A stretch of 64,000 bases of DNA, taken from contig OZ076416.1 in the NCBI GenBank assembly GCA_964187785.1, positions 42,904,001-42,968,000 on the forward strand, written 5' to 3'. The stretch's first letter is position 1. Each line of letters starts with the position of its first letter. This document shows, piece by piece, positions 13,018 to 26,756 of the stretch. This DNA is from Amphiscolops sp. MND2022. Its lineage: Eukaryota. A program made the translations under genes and the position numbers. The notes beneath the pieces were generated by a model. That model had not been told where the DNA came from, searched no databases, and worked only from the letters and a program-made list of their open reading frames with translations.

Positions 13018-13421
13018 TTTCTTTGCACCTTCTACGAAAGTTTTTCCGAGCGTCCAGGTGTCATTTTAGTGTCACGGCAAACATTCGTATTGAAATTAGT
13101 TTTTCAACTTCTCAATCTTCACAACTTTTCGCAAGAGTCAGAGCGACTAAGTAGCTACTCTCATAGTTGGAGAACCGGAGCGCGTGAAGATACAGTGAGA
13201 GAAGTGTGTAACGGATCACATCAGATCCAAACAAGTGCAAAGAGGATCACCAAGAGATCCTACGGGTAATATCGGACCAGCCAGCCAAAAGATGCAGTCC
13301 TTTAAAACAAGAAAACCAGGATTTGTTTAGTAACGGTCCACAGTACTGAGCAACGGATCAGGGTGGAGTAGAGCTTGTCAAGCCTCAGCGCAGAATAAGG
13401 GCAAGCAGCCGTTACAAACAC

Positions 13422-14193
13422 CGATGTCACTAATGCGAATATGAGGTTGAGCATTATCATGAATGCAGATTCCGGAAGCGTTCATTTCGTCCAAAACTTC
13501 ATTACCACACAAAACTTCGAGAAACCTGGAAAACCACTCTGCTGTCATTCCTCCTGCAAAAACTTGATAATGAACAAGCCCTTGGCGGTTTGAAATAGCA
13601 GTACAAACCCTGATGTTTGGTCCTCCTTGACCAGATACTCTGCGGTAAACTCGGTCACCTTTTTTCGATCTTCATTGATGCGCATAGTATGATAGTTTAT
13701 TCCAAATTTGTCAATGAAAAACTTGTTTTCATTGACCACGTTAGGACCCATGAGCCAGCGAGCATAATCATAACGTTGTTCTATTGTGTCGACCGTATTG
13801 CGTTCAGCTGGTCTGTCCTCAGTAAGTGTTAAAGAAATAGGAGACCCATCTAGGGCATTTGACGACGTCTGCTCAGAGAAGGATTGCTTATTGAGAAGTT
13901 GATGAACCATGACGTTAGGATCTTTTATTGTGACTCAGGTGTTTTCTTCAAGACACCGAATGGCGGTATCCACGCATTCATCGTCAACGTTTCTGTTCAA
14001 TCCGGAACCACGTCTTGGCAAATTGGTGGCACGTCCGCTCTGGACAATGCTGTAAGCAGTTGTTCTTTTTATTTTGGAGGACCATGGCCAACTCTACAAA
14101 GTCTTCGTCGTTCTCATATGCTTTCAACAGTCGCTCCTTATCTTGCTGGGAAATTTTTTCGTAAGGACCATTTGACTGTCGAAGTGGTGGCGT
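13422..14193 (-). pseudogene. Duplicated 5' part of the Tc1/IS630-like transposase
   Basis: Copy of 10930-11701; start codon changed ATG to ACG. Confidence 0.85.
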
Positions 14194-15074
14194 TTGTTTT
14201 CAAATTTCAACTTTGTGCGTTTCTGAACTTTCAATTTCGAAATTAGAGGAAGTGATTATAGCATTAAATTGTTGAACCTTTTATTGTATGTCATTGAAAG
14301 TTGTTTTTTTAGTGTTGGGTTAGAACGCACTGTCTGTGTTGGTTTAAATCAATTTGAGATTGTTTAATTTAGATTCACTTTGATTAATTTCACGCGCCTT
14401 TGGTTAAATCGTTTTTTGTTTGACTAAATAGTTCTGAGTTTTCACACTGGTTTAAATTGAACTTCCGGTCGTTTAATTCCATCTCACATCGGTTGATATT
14501 GGCTTGGAAAAGGTATAATAACAAAAAGTTCATGAGAAAAAACGAAGATAAACAATTTTGTTATACTATTCCAATACACATGTCATGCGTTTTCTGCTGT
14601 TTTTCTACAAAGCGAACCAAAAACCAAAAATGCGTAAAAAGAGGGCGCGTTAATGGATAAAACTATTGAAACTCTTGGATAAATTTTCATGAAAAAAAGT
14701 AAGTTTTTGACCAAAGCGATTTCTAAGATAGTGAGAAAGTAAATTTTGATCCGATAGTTCGCTAAAAGGTATCAGGAAAACAAATTATGACCACTGTTGA
14801 AGATTTGAGTAGGAATGCAAGAAAAAGGCTTTGAAATTTGTGAAATCCTATAGTGTTGCATTCATTTCAACTTCTGTACCATCTTGAGAAAAAGCACAAC
14901 GCGAAAAACTCCTGAGAAATTTTCTGAGCGTTAAAATCGTTCAAAAAAACTAAGTTTGAAGACACAAAAAAGTTTTTGTAACGGGATTATCTTGTGGGCA
15001 TTGTAAACTCATAAAAAGCAGTTCTCTATCTAATACTCAAGGAAAAACTACTCGGCCGTAAAAACAAGTGTGCG

Positions 15075-15593
15075 TTTTTAGCAGGCGCTTTTCTTGAGAA
15101 AAGAGTCGGCTATAGTCATGGCTTTTCGTCGGTGTTCTTCAAATATTTTCTAATTTTTTTTCGCTACACCTGAAGTGACCAAAAAAGTTCTTCCCTAAAA
15201 GTTCAACAAAATTTTTAGAAGACGCCAAATTGTACCCGTTGGCCCAAGGAACTGAAACAAAAAGGTTTCTTGTGTAACATACAATACCGGACGAGACCAA
15301 AAAGTCCCATCTTTCAGTTTTGTTTGGCATTGCGAGACTTTTTTGGTTAAAAAATTTTCCCCAAATGTCCCCCCTTCAGTTTTTTCTGAGTTTTGCGACA
15401 GATGGATGTTTAAAAAAATCCCGGACGAGACCAAAAGGTCCCCCCTTTCAATTTTTTCGGCATTGTGAGACTTTTTTTCAAATTTTTTTTTCATGAAAAG
15501 GTCTCCAATTCACGATTATTATGACATTTTGAAATCCTTTTGCTATTTTTGAGCCTTAGATATGGCGCCTACTTGGGCCGGTGTCGGCTTGTT
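15075..15593 (+). mobile_element. HINE family 1 copy
   Basis: Duplicate of 12498-13017; hairpin gccg-gtgt-cggc then ttgtt. Confidence 0.7.
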
Positions 15594-16305
15594 TTTCTTT
15601 GCACCCTATACGAAACTTTTTCCGAGCGTCCAGGTCTCATTTTATTGTCACGGCAAACAATCGTATTGAAATTAGTTTCTCATCCGCTTTGCGGTCAACT
15701 TTTCAATATCAACTTCATTTACAAGACAAATTTTTAAAAGTGTTTTTGATTGATTTTTGTAACCCTAATACATCGGTTTTCCCGAATCAAAGAAGCAAGT
15801 GGCGCTCAAGGTAAAGTTATTCTGACAAGAGGAAATACCAACTCACGACAGTGTTCAGCGACTACATCCTTTTTAAAAGTCTTTTTAGACGTGTATCGTC
15901 CACAAATCGAGCTTTTTGAAAATAATTCCGCAACTTTTGGTAGATCATTCATGGACATGTGCACCTGGTTTCAGTGCTAAAAGATTTGATGATCATCCAT
16001 TGGTTTCAACAACTTGTCATCAACTTTTTTGCCAAATTAATTTCCCTGTATTTCAGAAGTGTCTTTTCACATGAAAACAGTGGTTTTTCGTTTTTTAACT
16101 TTTTGTGTTGTGTGCTTTCGAATTCAGCATCTATTTCTAGGCATCAACCTGTTGATTTTCTATCATTTTGGTGCTGCATGATTTCAATAAACTGCTCAAA
16201 GACATTTGTGGAATAATGTTCGGTAGGAAAAAGCGGATGCTTCTTTTGTTTTCAAAAATTAGTTTTTCGATTTTGAGAGAATTTTCCAATAAATTTAGTG
16301 ACCGA

Positions 16306-19040
16306 TGTTAATAGTATGATTGGAGGGAAACGCAATGGTTTTTAAAATAATTTATGAGTTTGGTGCAATTTTATAAAGCATTCGAGATAATCAGGAAACC
16401 TTTGCTTAATACAGTCGTTGAAGGTTCGTCCAAGCGAGATTCCATTTTGTTTTACTAAATTCTTGACTTTTGAGACTGAGTGAGACAAAGAGTTGGTAGT
16501 TTCAATTCACTTGTATTCAGGAAAGTTAACGAAAAAATGAATTTACAAAACAAACATCAAACGTTAATGAATATCTCTCGCTGAAATACAAAAAACGTGA
16601 CTTTTAACTGGAGAAGTTGTTCATATATATTAGGATTCTTGTTTCTAGCTTCGAAAAATGCTATGAATTCCATATATCTTGAAACTCCCTTTTTCGGAGC
16701 TTGATTACAAGTTATATTCTCCGGAGAGTCTTTTGCTGAGCATTTCAACCTTAACTTTTGCCAACGCTTTAGTTGGCAAGTCAGTAGTAATTTCACTGGT
16801 TGGACAAAACTCAACATCCAAGTAACCAATTCTATTTTTTTTTGGATGAAGCTCAACTTGATTGCGAAGTCGTTCACTTTCTAGGGAGTCACTGTATTTT
16901 TGTTATCGCGATACAAGCTCGGTTGTCCACAAGTATCTTATTAGGCTTTTCCGTGTCTATTTCTTTCTCGTTTGCAAGTCCTTGCAGAGACGCAAGTTCT
17001 TGAGAAGCTGCCAATGACGATATTGGTTCTGCCTCAGCTGTTGACTTAGTAGCTGAAACTTAGAACTTCAACACATGTCTCCTGATTCTGAGTTTAAAAA
17101 GAAGCAAAAACCACTGATTGGATTCTCATTGTCTTAACAAATCCTGGTGACTGATATGAACAAAAAGTTCTTCCTCTAAACCTGCGTACAAGTAGGCAGT
17201 TTTCATGTCTAACGGTTTCAACTTCATTTCTACTTGAACTGCCGAACTCAGCAAAACTCGAAGTGTTACTTTTTTCACAGTCGTCTACATGTTTGATCGT
17301 AGTCAACACCTTGTTTTTGTTTACATTCTATGGCTGTGTATCTCGCTTTGTGCTTAATTTCTTTTTTACTTTTTCGCTTGAGGGCAAATTGCCACTTACT
17401 TGTTACGAAGTTTTGTTCTTCGGGCATTTCAACAAGTTCCCACACTTCATTTTTCTGTAAAGATTGGTTTTCCGATTTGTTCGATGCCACTCAGGAGAAA
17501 ACGTTTCTTTAATGCTTTTCGGTAATTCTTGATCAACATTATCGCTATGGTATGCAAGCCTTTCAATTTCACTGAAATCAGACGAGCCTAAATCGTAAGA
17601 CACATTGCTGCTTGTACCTGGGGTATATCTATCAGGCGGCTTCACTTTTCTTTTGTTTTCAGTCGTAGTATGCACAGTCGAACTATGGGGTCGAATTGGT
17701 GTTTTTGTCTCGTCTGATCTGTCAATAAGCAAAGTTTCTGCATAAATCAGCGTTTTGCAACTCACATCGCGTATCAAGTTTTGTGTATCGGCGACTGATT
17801 CTGTGTTTTGCAACTCTGTTTCACATCCATTTTGTTGAGTTCGAAACAAAATCCATCATCGGTTTCATTGTTTGCGAAGTGTGTTTTAATTGGAAAACTA
17901 GTCTCTATGAATTTAAAATAGCGGCAACTTTTCGTGATGAGTTCTGAGCCATCAAAAATCTGATCAAATTTGACCTGAAATTGTTGCTATAGTCGAGTGA
18001 AAAACATTTAAAAGCTATACTTTCAAAGTTGTTTCGCTTTGGTTTCTTTAAGTACATGAATGCTTAACACCCAAAAATCCCAAAATGAGACACAATTGGT
18101 GTCGTTTCAAAATTTTCTCAAACGTTGTCTTGCCATGAGCAGAGTGAAAGCATCGGTTTTAATAAGCAATGCTCGGTATCCAAACGACCAAAAAGATTCA
18201 GGTGAATCTGGACACCTAGCAATCGCGCCGATGGTTCCCCTAACTTGTTCTATTCTACCGTTTTGTTTCGGAATGTATTCACATTTAAACTCCTGATGGA
18301 TTCCTTGCTGTAAACAAAGGTCCGCAAACTTTCCAAATTTGAATTCTTCAGCTTTATCAGTACAATCTTTCTTGTTTTTTTTCCAGCTAAATGCCTTCTC
18401 CAGGCCATACTACTCAGTTAAGGATCAAGAGATTGCTCAACACCAATACGCTGTGAGAGATCCGAACCTGAAACAACATCAAAACAAGCCTAACGCTATA
18501 ACCATTACACCAATACGCTGTGAGAGAGTTCCGAACCTGAAATACCATCAAAACAAGCCTAACGCTATAACGACTACACAGAAAAGAAATAAATTTAGAG
18601 GTAAAATAAGTAGCACACACTATCTTATTGAACTCTCTGGAACACCACTCTGGTACTCCAGAAACATCCAAAATTGTCCAAAAAATGGTAAACCGTTCGA
18701 AATAAGAATTTTGTTCATTCAGGCATAATTATCAGAAAATCTAAATATTCTCACTAGATGAACATGCTGAAGGGCTATCAAGAATTTTTTTATTCTGAAA
18801 GATTGGGCTGGCACATACGCTGGGAACGTCAAAACTCTTTACCAAAAATCGGGTAAAGCTTTGACAATTTGGAAAGTCATTATAAGTCGGCGCTTCATGC
18901 AGTGAAACGCGACTATAACAGTGTCTATTTCTTTCAATCCACACACGAACCGACCAAAGGATTCTGAAAAATTTTATGACGTCAAATTGAACCACTTGGC
19001 TCGGGAACTGAAGCAAACAATTTTCTTTTTTTTCCGCGTA
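16306..19040 (-). mobile_element. Decayed, internally deleted Ty1/Copia retrotransposon (unit 1)
   Basis: Integrase remnant (QNGRIE...SAHGKTTFEK); RT start (LQKNEVWELV...KWQF...KARY...GVDYDQT...LDMKTAYL); RNase H (STAEAE...DNRACIAI...EFCPTSE...TKAL); PPT-like aaaaagggag and a probable 3' LTR at ~16306-16683. Confidence 0.88.
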
Positions 19041-19313
19041 ACACACAAAACCGAGCGAGACTAAATGGTCCCCCTTTCAGTTTTTTATCAGCATTGTAAG
19101 ACTTTCATTTCGGAATTTTTTTCTCCAAGGTATCCCTTCAATTTTTTGGTATTTTTGCAACATAGTGTATGTCGGAAAACCCGAAAGGGCGCGCCAATTC
19201 GATCCAACTTCTGGGTTGTTTGGGTACTGTAAAAGAATACTTGACACATTGAAGTCCTTTTGCGATTTCTGAACCTTTGATGTGGCGCCGACTTATGCCG
19301 TTCCCGGCTTGTT
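19025..19313 (+). mobile_element. HINE family 1, 3' fragment (also at ~24475-24757 and ~29470-29762)
   Basis: Ends ggcgccgacttatgccgttcccggcttgtt. Confidence 0.7.
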
Positions 19314-20296
19314 CATTTCTCTCCATGCATTCCTTTGTTTTACTATTATTAGTTTCGTTTTTAAACTCTGTGGATAGTCATGTCATATCAACGAAAACAA
19401 ACTGACATGTAACAAAAATAGCACAAAACGATAGCGCGGTTTAACTTTTTTTCAGTGTCAGAATAATTCGTGAAATTGAAATATCAAAAACTGCATCTTT
19501 TTTCAAAAAGTATGCTGAGAAGTTATTTATCCAAAAATTAGACAACTTTAGAAGCTTTGGCATTTTTGCTGTCAGTTGGAAGAACTTTTCACAAAAAATC
19601 ATATCTTCTCTTCTACTAAAAAGTGTCTATACCTCTTCCATGTCAATTTCGCCAGAATGAAATTGAACTTTGCCAAGATGAAAATCAAGATCGCGTGAAC
19701 GAATTTCAATTTGGCTTTCGTGAAAAAGTTTTTCGCCAATATGAAACTGAATTTCGCCAAAAAAAATGACATTTGCCAAATTAGAGTGTGAGTTGTGTTG
19801 AAATTGGGTTTCTCTATGGCACAAATGAATTTCGTTCATGCAAAATTGATTCTTTTTGGCAAAGTTGAGTTGCACGTTGGCGATTTGTTCAGGCGGAATT
19901 GACATTCATTTCGGCAAAATTCAGATGGAAAAGGTATAGTAAAGAAAGCTAAAATTTCAAATTCCTCTCCAAAGAAGTGCGAGGTAATTTTGTCTTCATT
20001 GAATTTTTTGAACGTTTCAACTCGCGAATACTCTTGAAAATTGTACAATTATGAACGATTTCAAAATTCGAAATTTTGGACGAAAACTTTTTTTACAAAA
20101 CGCGGCTTTTAGTAATTTTCTTCGCCATATGGAAATATAGGCGGAAAAGGTGTTCAATTCTCGAAGTTTTGAGGATATAGGAGGTGTGTAATCGATATTG
20201 TTGCCAGATGTTTTATAGGAAGCGCGATTACCGTTAGCTCCATCTGTGTACCATGTGCCGTGATGAACTCTTCTGTAGTTTTGTTAGTCAGAAAAT

Positions 20297-20765
20297 GGAC
20301 CATGTGATCCATTTCCCCCCCAGGTACACCTTGTTAGGAATTTCCCCCCCAAAACGAAAACGGCTTTTTCACAAGTATATTAAATATTGAATGAATAAAA
20401 CAAGTTGATATGCTTACAAATATTAACAAACGCGTGAATTTAAACTTCGTGGCAAAAGACCCAAATTTTTTAAATGCTGAATGCAAAGTTCGTAGTTTTG
20501 TAAATATGGAAGTATGTCCGTTTGGAAGCACATTTCAAATAATAATGATTGATTTTAACTGTCAATCAATGTAAAAGATATGATTATGTCGACATCAATT
20601 ATTTTATTGGACTAAAATTTCAACGCAACGATGTCGACATAATGGTATTTGACTATTTAAAATGTTATGTCGACATAATTTATTCGTTTAAAACTAGTAT
20701 TTGAACCTACTGTATTATTTCCCCCCCCCACCGCAGTTTTTTTGGGGAAAAAGATCACATGGTCC
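20297..20765. mobile_element. MITE, ~470 bp, with 8-bp TSD (unit 1)
   Basis: TIR ggaccatgtgatc.../...gatcacatggtcc; TSD cagaaaat at 20289-20296 and 20766-20773. Confidence 0.9.
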
Positions 20766-21753
20766 CAGAAAATTCATCCCTTGTACCGAATACTTGACAT
20801 CCCGAGTTTTATATGAATCCGGATTTCATGTTTTATCCGAATTTCATACGCTATATGATATTGATGTTACACACGAGTTTCCTGTTAGATCGGTTGGTAT
20901 ATTAGGACATTTGAAATTTGAAGCAAGTTCCGAATACTGCTGCCCAACGGACGGTGTAATTACTAACTTTTTATCAATTTTTAAAAATATTTCAATTCGA
21001 TTTGTCAAAAAATTACTTTAGTTTGTACTTTCTCGGTCTAAAAATTAAGTTCATATACGTTTTATTCAACGGTGAGTCCTTTTAGACCTTCCTCAAGCAG
21101 CAATTTTTTGATACCAACCAAATTCATTGATAATTGATCCAACTTTTCCTTTTTGAAGGAAATCACAACAAATTGCTGCTGATCTTGAGCTAATTATTCC
21201 CTCAAAACGCTTCGAACAAAAAATACAACTGTTGCTTTTCAAATCAGCTACAAACCGTCTCAGCAAACGCAACACCTGCAAACGTCTCGAATTATTTATT
21301 GTTCTATTTTTCTTTCCCAACAGATGAAATCCAATCTAAAGCTTTCTGTGTATCATTGAAGTGTTCCTTAGGTAATCCATGCAGCAGTTAGGAATCAGTG
21401 TTGCTCCAACCGACGTTTCAATAGACCTTTCAAGTCATTTTGAAGCAAAACAAAACACGTGATTAAAATATTGAGAAGAAGTGTTTCAGAGAAGAATATT
21501 TCAGAAGTGTCTTTTCACATGAAAACAGTGGTTTTTCGTTTTTTAACTTTTTGTGTTGTGTGCTTTCAAATTCAGCATCTATTTCTAGGCATCAACCTGT
21601 TGATTTTCTATCATTTTGGTGCTGCATGATTTCAATAAACTGCTCAAAGACATTTGTGGAATAATGTTCGGTAGGAAAAAGCGGATGCTTCTTTTGTTTT
21701 CAAAAATTAGTTTTTCGATTTTGAGAGAATTTTCCAATAAATTTAGTGACCGA

Positions 21754-24480
21754 TGTTAATAGTATGATTGGAGGGAAACGCAATGGTTTTTAAAATAATT
21801 TATGAGTTTGGTGCAATTTTATAAAGCATTCGAGATAATCAGGAAACCTTTGCTTAATACAGTCGTTGAAGGTTCGTCCAAGCGAGATTCCATTTTGTTT
21901 TACTAAATTCTTGACTTTTGAGACTGAGTGAGACAAAGAGTTGGTAGTTTCAATTCACTTGTATTCAGGAAAGTTAACGAAAAAATGAAATTACAAAACA
22001 AACATCAAACGTTAATGATTATCTCTCGCTGAAATACAAAAAACGTGACTTTTAACTGGAGAAGTTGTTCATATATATTAGGATTCTTGTTTCTAGCTTC
22101 GAAAAATGCTATGAATTCCATATATCTTGAAACTCCCTTTTTCGGAGCTTGATTACAAGTTATATTCTCCGGAGAGACTTTTGCTGAGCATTTCAACCTT
22201 AACTTTTGCCAACGCTTTAGTTGGCAAGTCAGTAGTAATTTCACTGGTTGGACAAAACTCAACATCCAAGTAACCAATTCTATTTTTTTGTATGAAGCTC
22301 AACTTGATTGCGAAGTCGTTCACTTTCTAGGGAGTCACTGTATTTTTGTTATCGCGATACAAGCTCGATTGTCCACAAGTAACTTATTAGGCTTTTCCGT
22401 GTCTATTTCTTTCTCGTTTGCAAGTCCTTGCAGAGACGCAAGTTCTTGAGAAGCTGCGAATGACGATATTGGTTCAGCCTCAGCTGTTGACTTAGTAGCT
22501 GAAACTTAGAACTTCAACACATATCTCCTGATTCTGAGTTTAAAAAGAAGCAAAAACCACTGATTGGATTCTCATTGTCTTAACAAATCCTGGTGACTGA
22601 TATGAAAGAAGTTCTTCCTCTAAACCTGCGTACAAGTAGGCAGTTTTCATGTCTAACGGTTTCAACTTCATTTCTACTTGAACTGCCGAACTCAGCAAAA
22701 CTCGAAGTGTTACTTTTTTCACAGTCGTCTACATGTTTGATCGTAGTCAACACCTTGTTTTTGTTTACATTTTATGGCTGTGTATCTCGCTTTGTGCTTA
22801 ATTTCTTTTTTACTTTTTCGCTTAAGGGCAAATTGCCACTTACTTGTTACGAAGTTTTGTCCTTCGGGCATTTCAACAAGTTCCCACACTTCATTTTTCT
22901 GTAAAGATTGGTTTTCCGATTTGTTCGATGCCACTCAGGAGAAAACGTTTCTTTAATGCTTTTCGGTAATTATTGATCAACATTATCGCTATGGTATGCA
23001 AGCCTTTCAATTTCACTGAAATCAGACGAGCCTAAATCGTAAGACACATTGCTGCTTGTACCTGGGGTATATCTATCGGGCGGCTTCACTTTTCTTTTGT
23101 TTTCAGTCGTAGTATGCACAGTCGAACTATGGGGTCAAATTGGTGTTTTTGTCTCGTCTGATCTGTCAATAAGCAAAGTTTCTGCATAAATCACCGTTTT
23201 GCAACTCACATCGCGTATCAAGTTTTGTGTATCGGCGACTGATTCTGTGTTTTGCAACTCTGTTTCACTTCCATTTTGTTGAGTTCGAAACAAAATCCAT
23301 CATCGGTTTCATTGTTTGCGAAGTGTGTTTTAATTGGAAAACTAGTCTCTATGAATTTAAAATAGCGGCAACTTTTCGTGATGAGTTCTGAGCCATCAAA
23401 AATCTGATCAAACTTGACCTGAAATTGTTGCTATAGTCGAGTAAAAAACATTTAAAAGCTATACTTTCAAAAATGTTTCGCTTTCGTTTCTTTAAGTACA
23501 TGAATGCTTAACACCCAAAAATCCCAAAATGAGACACAATTGGTGTCATTTCAAAATTTTCTCAAACGTTGTCTTGCCATGAGCAGAGTGAAAGCATCGG
23601 TTTTAATAAGCATTGCTCGGTATCCAAACCACCAAAAAGATTCAGGTGAATCTGGACACCTAGCAATCGCGCCGATGGTTCCCCTAACTTGTTCTATTCT
23701 ACCGTTTTGTTTCGGGATGTATTCACATTTAAACTCCTGATGGATTCCTTGCTGTGAACAAAGGTCCGCAAACTTTCCAAATTTGAATTCTTCAGCTTTA
23801 TCAGTACAATCTTTCTTGTTTTTTTTCCAGCTAAATGCCTTCTTCAGGCCATACTACTCAGTTAAGGATCAAGAGATTGCTCAACACCAATACGCTGTGA
23901 GAGATCCGAACCTGAAACAACATCAAAACGAGCCTAACGCTATAACCACTACACCAATACGCTGTGAGAGAGTTCCGAAATTGAAATAACATCAAAACAA
24001 GCCTAACGCTATAACGACTACACAGAAAAGAAATAAATTTAGAGGTAAAATAAGTAGCACACACTCTGTTATTGAACTCTCTGGAACACCACTCTGGTAC
24101 TCCAGAAACATCCAAAATTGTCCAAAAAATGGTAAACCGTTCGAAATAAGAATTTTGTTCATTCAGGCATAATTATCAGAAAATCTAAATATTCTCACTA
24201 GATGAACATGCTGAAGGGCTATCAAGAATTTTTTTAATTTGAAAGATTGGGCTGGCACATACGCTGGGAACGTCAAAACTCTTTACAAAAAATCGGGTAA
24301 AGCTTTGACAATTTGGAAAGTCATTATAAGTCGGCGCTTCATGGAGTGAAACGCGACTATAACAGTGTCTATTTCTTTCAATCCACACACGAACCGACCA
24401 AAGGATTTCTGAAAAATTTTATGACGTCAAATTGAACCACTTGGCTCGGGAACTGAAGCAAACAATTTTCTTTTTTTCCG
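21754..24480 (-). mobile_element. Decayed Copia element (unit 2 copy)
   Basis: Homologous to 16306-19040. Confidence 0.88.
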
Positions 24481-25294
24481 CGTAACACACAAAACCGAGC
24501 GAGACTAAATGGTCCCCCTTTCAATTTTTTATCAGCATTGTGAGACTTTCATTTCGGAATATTTTTTCTCCAAGGTATCCCTTCAATTTTTTGGTAATTT
24601 TGCAACATAGTGTATGTTGGAAAACCCGAAAGGGCGCGCCAATTCGATCCAACTTCTGGGTTGTTTGGGTACTGTAAAAGAATACTTGACACATTGAAGT
24701 CCTTTTGCGATTTCTGAACCTTTGATGTGGCGCCGACTTATGCCGTTCCCGGCTTGTTCAATTCTCTCCATGCATTCCTTTGTTTTACTATTATTAGTTT
24801 CGTTTTTAAACTCTGTGGATAGTCATGTCATATCAACGAAAACAAACTGACATGTAACAAAAATAGCACAAAACGATAGCGCGGAAACTGCCAAGGTTCA
24901 ACTTTTTTTCAGTGTCACAATAATTCGTGAAATTGAAATATCAAAAACTGCATCTTTTTTCAAAAAGTATGCTGAGAAGTTATTTATCCAAAAATTAGAC
25001 AACTTTAGAAGCTTTGGCATTTTTGCTGTCAGTTGGAAGAACTTTTTTATGAACGATTTCAAAATTTGAAATTTTGGACGAAAACTTTTTTTACAAAACG
25101 CGGCTTCTAGTAATTTTCTTCGCCATATGGAAATATAGGCGGAAAAGGTGTTCAATTCGCGAAGTTTTGAGGATATAGGAGGTGTGTAATCGATATTTTT
25201 GCCAGATGTTTTATAGGAAGCGCGATTACCGTTAGCTCCATCTGTGTACCATGTGCCGTGATGAACTCTTCTGTAGTTTTGTTAGTCAGAAAAT

Positions 25295-25768
25295 GGACCA
25301 TGTGATCTATTTCCTCCCCCCAGGTACACCTTGTTAGGAATTTCCCCCCCCCAAAAACGAAAACGGCTTTTTCACAAGTATATTAATTATTGAATGAATA
25401 AAACAAGTTGATATGCTTACAAATATTAACAAACGCGTGAATTTAAACTTCGTGGCAAAAGACCCAAATTTTTTAAATGCTGAATGCAAAGTTCGTAGTT
25501 TTGTAAATATGGAAGTATGTCCATTTGGAAGCACATTTCAAAGAATAATGATTGATTTTAACTGTCAATCAATGTAAAAGATATGAATATGTCGACATCA
25601 ATTATTTTATTGGACTAAAATTTCAACGCAACGATGTCGACATAATGGTATTTGACTATTTAAAATGTTATGTCGACATAATTTATTCGTTTAAAACTAG
25701 TATTTAAACCTACTGTATTATTTCCCCCCCACCGCAGTTTGGGGGGGGGGAAATAGATCACATGGTCC
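25295..25768. mobile_element. MITE (unit 2 copy)
   Basis: TIR ggaccatgtgatctatttcc / ggaaatagatcacatggtcc; TSD cagaaaat. Confidence 0.9.
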
Positions 25769-26756
25769 CAGAAAATTCATCCCTTGTACCGAATACTTGA
25801 CATCCCGAGTTTTATATGAATCCGGATTTCATGTTTTATCCGAATTTCATACGCTATATGATATTGATGTTACACACGAGTTTCCTGTTAGATCGGTTGG
25901 TATATTAGGATATTTGAAATTTGAAGCAAGTTCCGAATACTGCTGCCCAACGGACGGTGTAATTACTAACTTTTTATCAATTTTTGAAAATATTTCAATT
26001 CGATTTGTCAAAAAATTACTTTAGTTTGTACTTTCTCCGTCTAAAAATTAAGTTCATATACGTTTTATTCAACGGTGAGCCATTTTAGACCTTCCTCAAG
26101 CAGCAATTTTTTGATACCAACCAAATTCATTGATAATTGATCCAACTTTTTCTTTTTGAAGGAAATCACAACAAATTGCTGCTGATCTTGAGCTAATTAT
26201 TCCCTCAAATAGCTTCGAACAAAAAATACAATTGTTGCTTTTCAAATGAGCTACAAACCGTCTCAGCAAACGCAACACCTGCAAACGTCTCAAATTATTT
26301 ATTGTTCTATTTTTCTTTCCCAACAGATGAAATCCAATCTAAAGCTTTCTGTGTATCATTGAAGTGTTCCTTAGGTAATCCATGCAGCAGTTAGGAATCA
26401 GTGTTGCTCCAACCGACGTTTCAATAGACCTTTCAAATCATTTTGAAGCAAAACAAAACACGTGATTAAAATATTGAGAAGAAGTGTTTCAGAGAAGAAT
26501 ATTTCAGAAGTGTCTTTTCACATGAAAACAGTGGTTTTTCGTTTTTTAACTTTTTGTGTTGTGTGCTTTCAAATTCAGCATCTATTTCTAGGAATCAACC
26601 TGTTGATTTTCTATCATTTTGGTGCTGCATGATTTCAATAAACTGCTCAAAGACATTTGTGGAATAATGTTCGGTAGGAAAAAGCGGATGCTTCTTTTGT
26701 TTTCAAAAATTAGTTTTTCGATTTTGAGAGAATTTTCCAATAAATTTAGTGACCGA

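Larger units (their letters stand above)
10614..15678. repeat. Tandem segmental duplication, two ~2.5-kb units (10614-13105; 13106-15678)
   Basis: Identical ORF translations at an offset of 2492 (11053/13545); each unit holds the LTR 3' end, the transposase 5' part and a HINE copy. Confidence 0.95.

Noticed and set aside
19627-20048. ORFs in the 459-bp block missing from unit 2
   Set aside because: Low-complexity aatttcgcc/gaaattga repeats; no TIR or TSD, so read as a deletion in unit 2 rather than a gene or insertion
21080-21470. Possible hAT transposase remnant (QIAADLELIIPSKRF...)
   Set aside because: Similarity too weak and interrupted to support without a profile search
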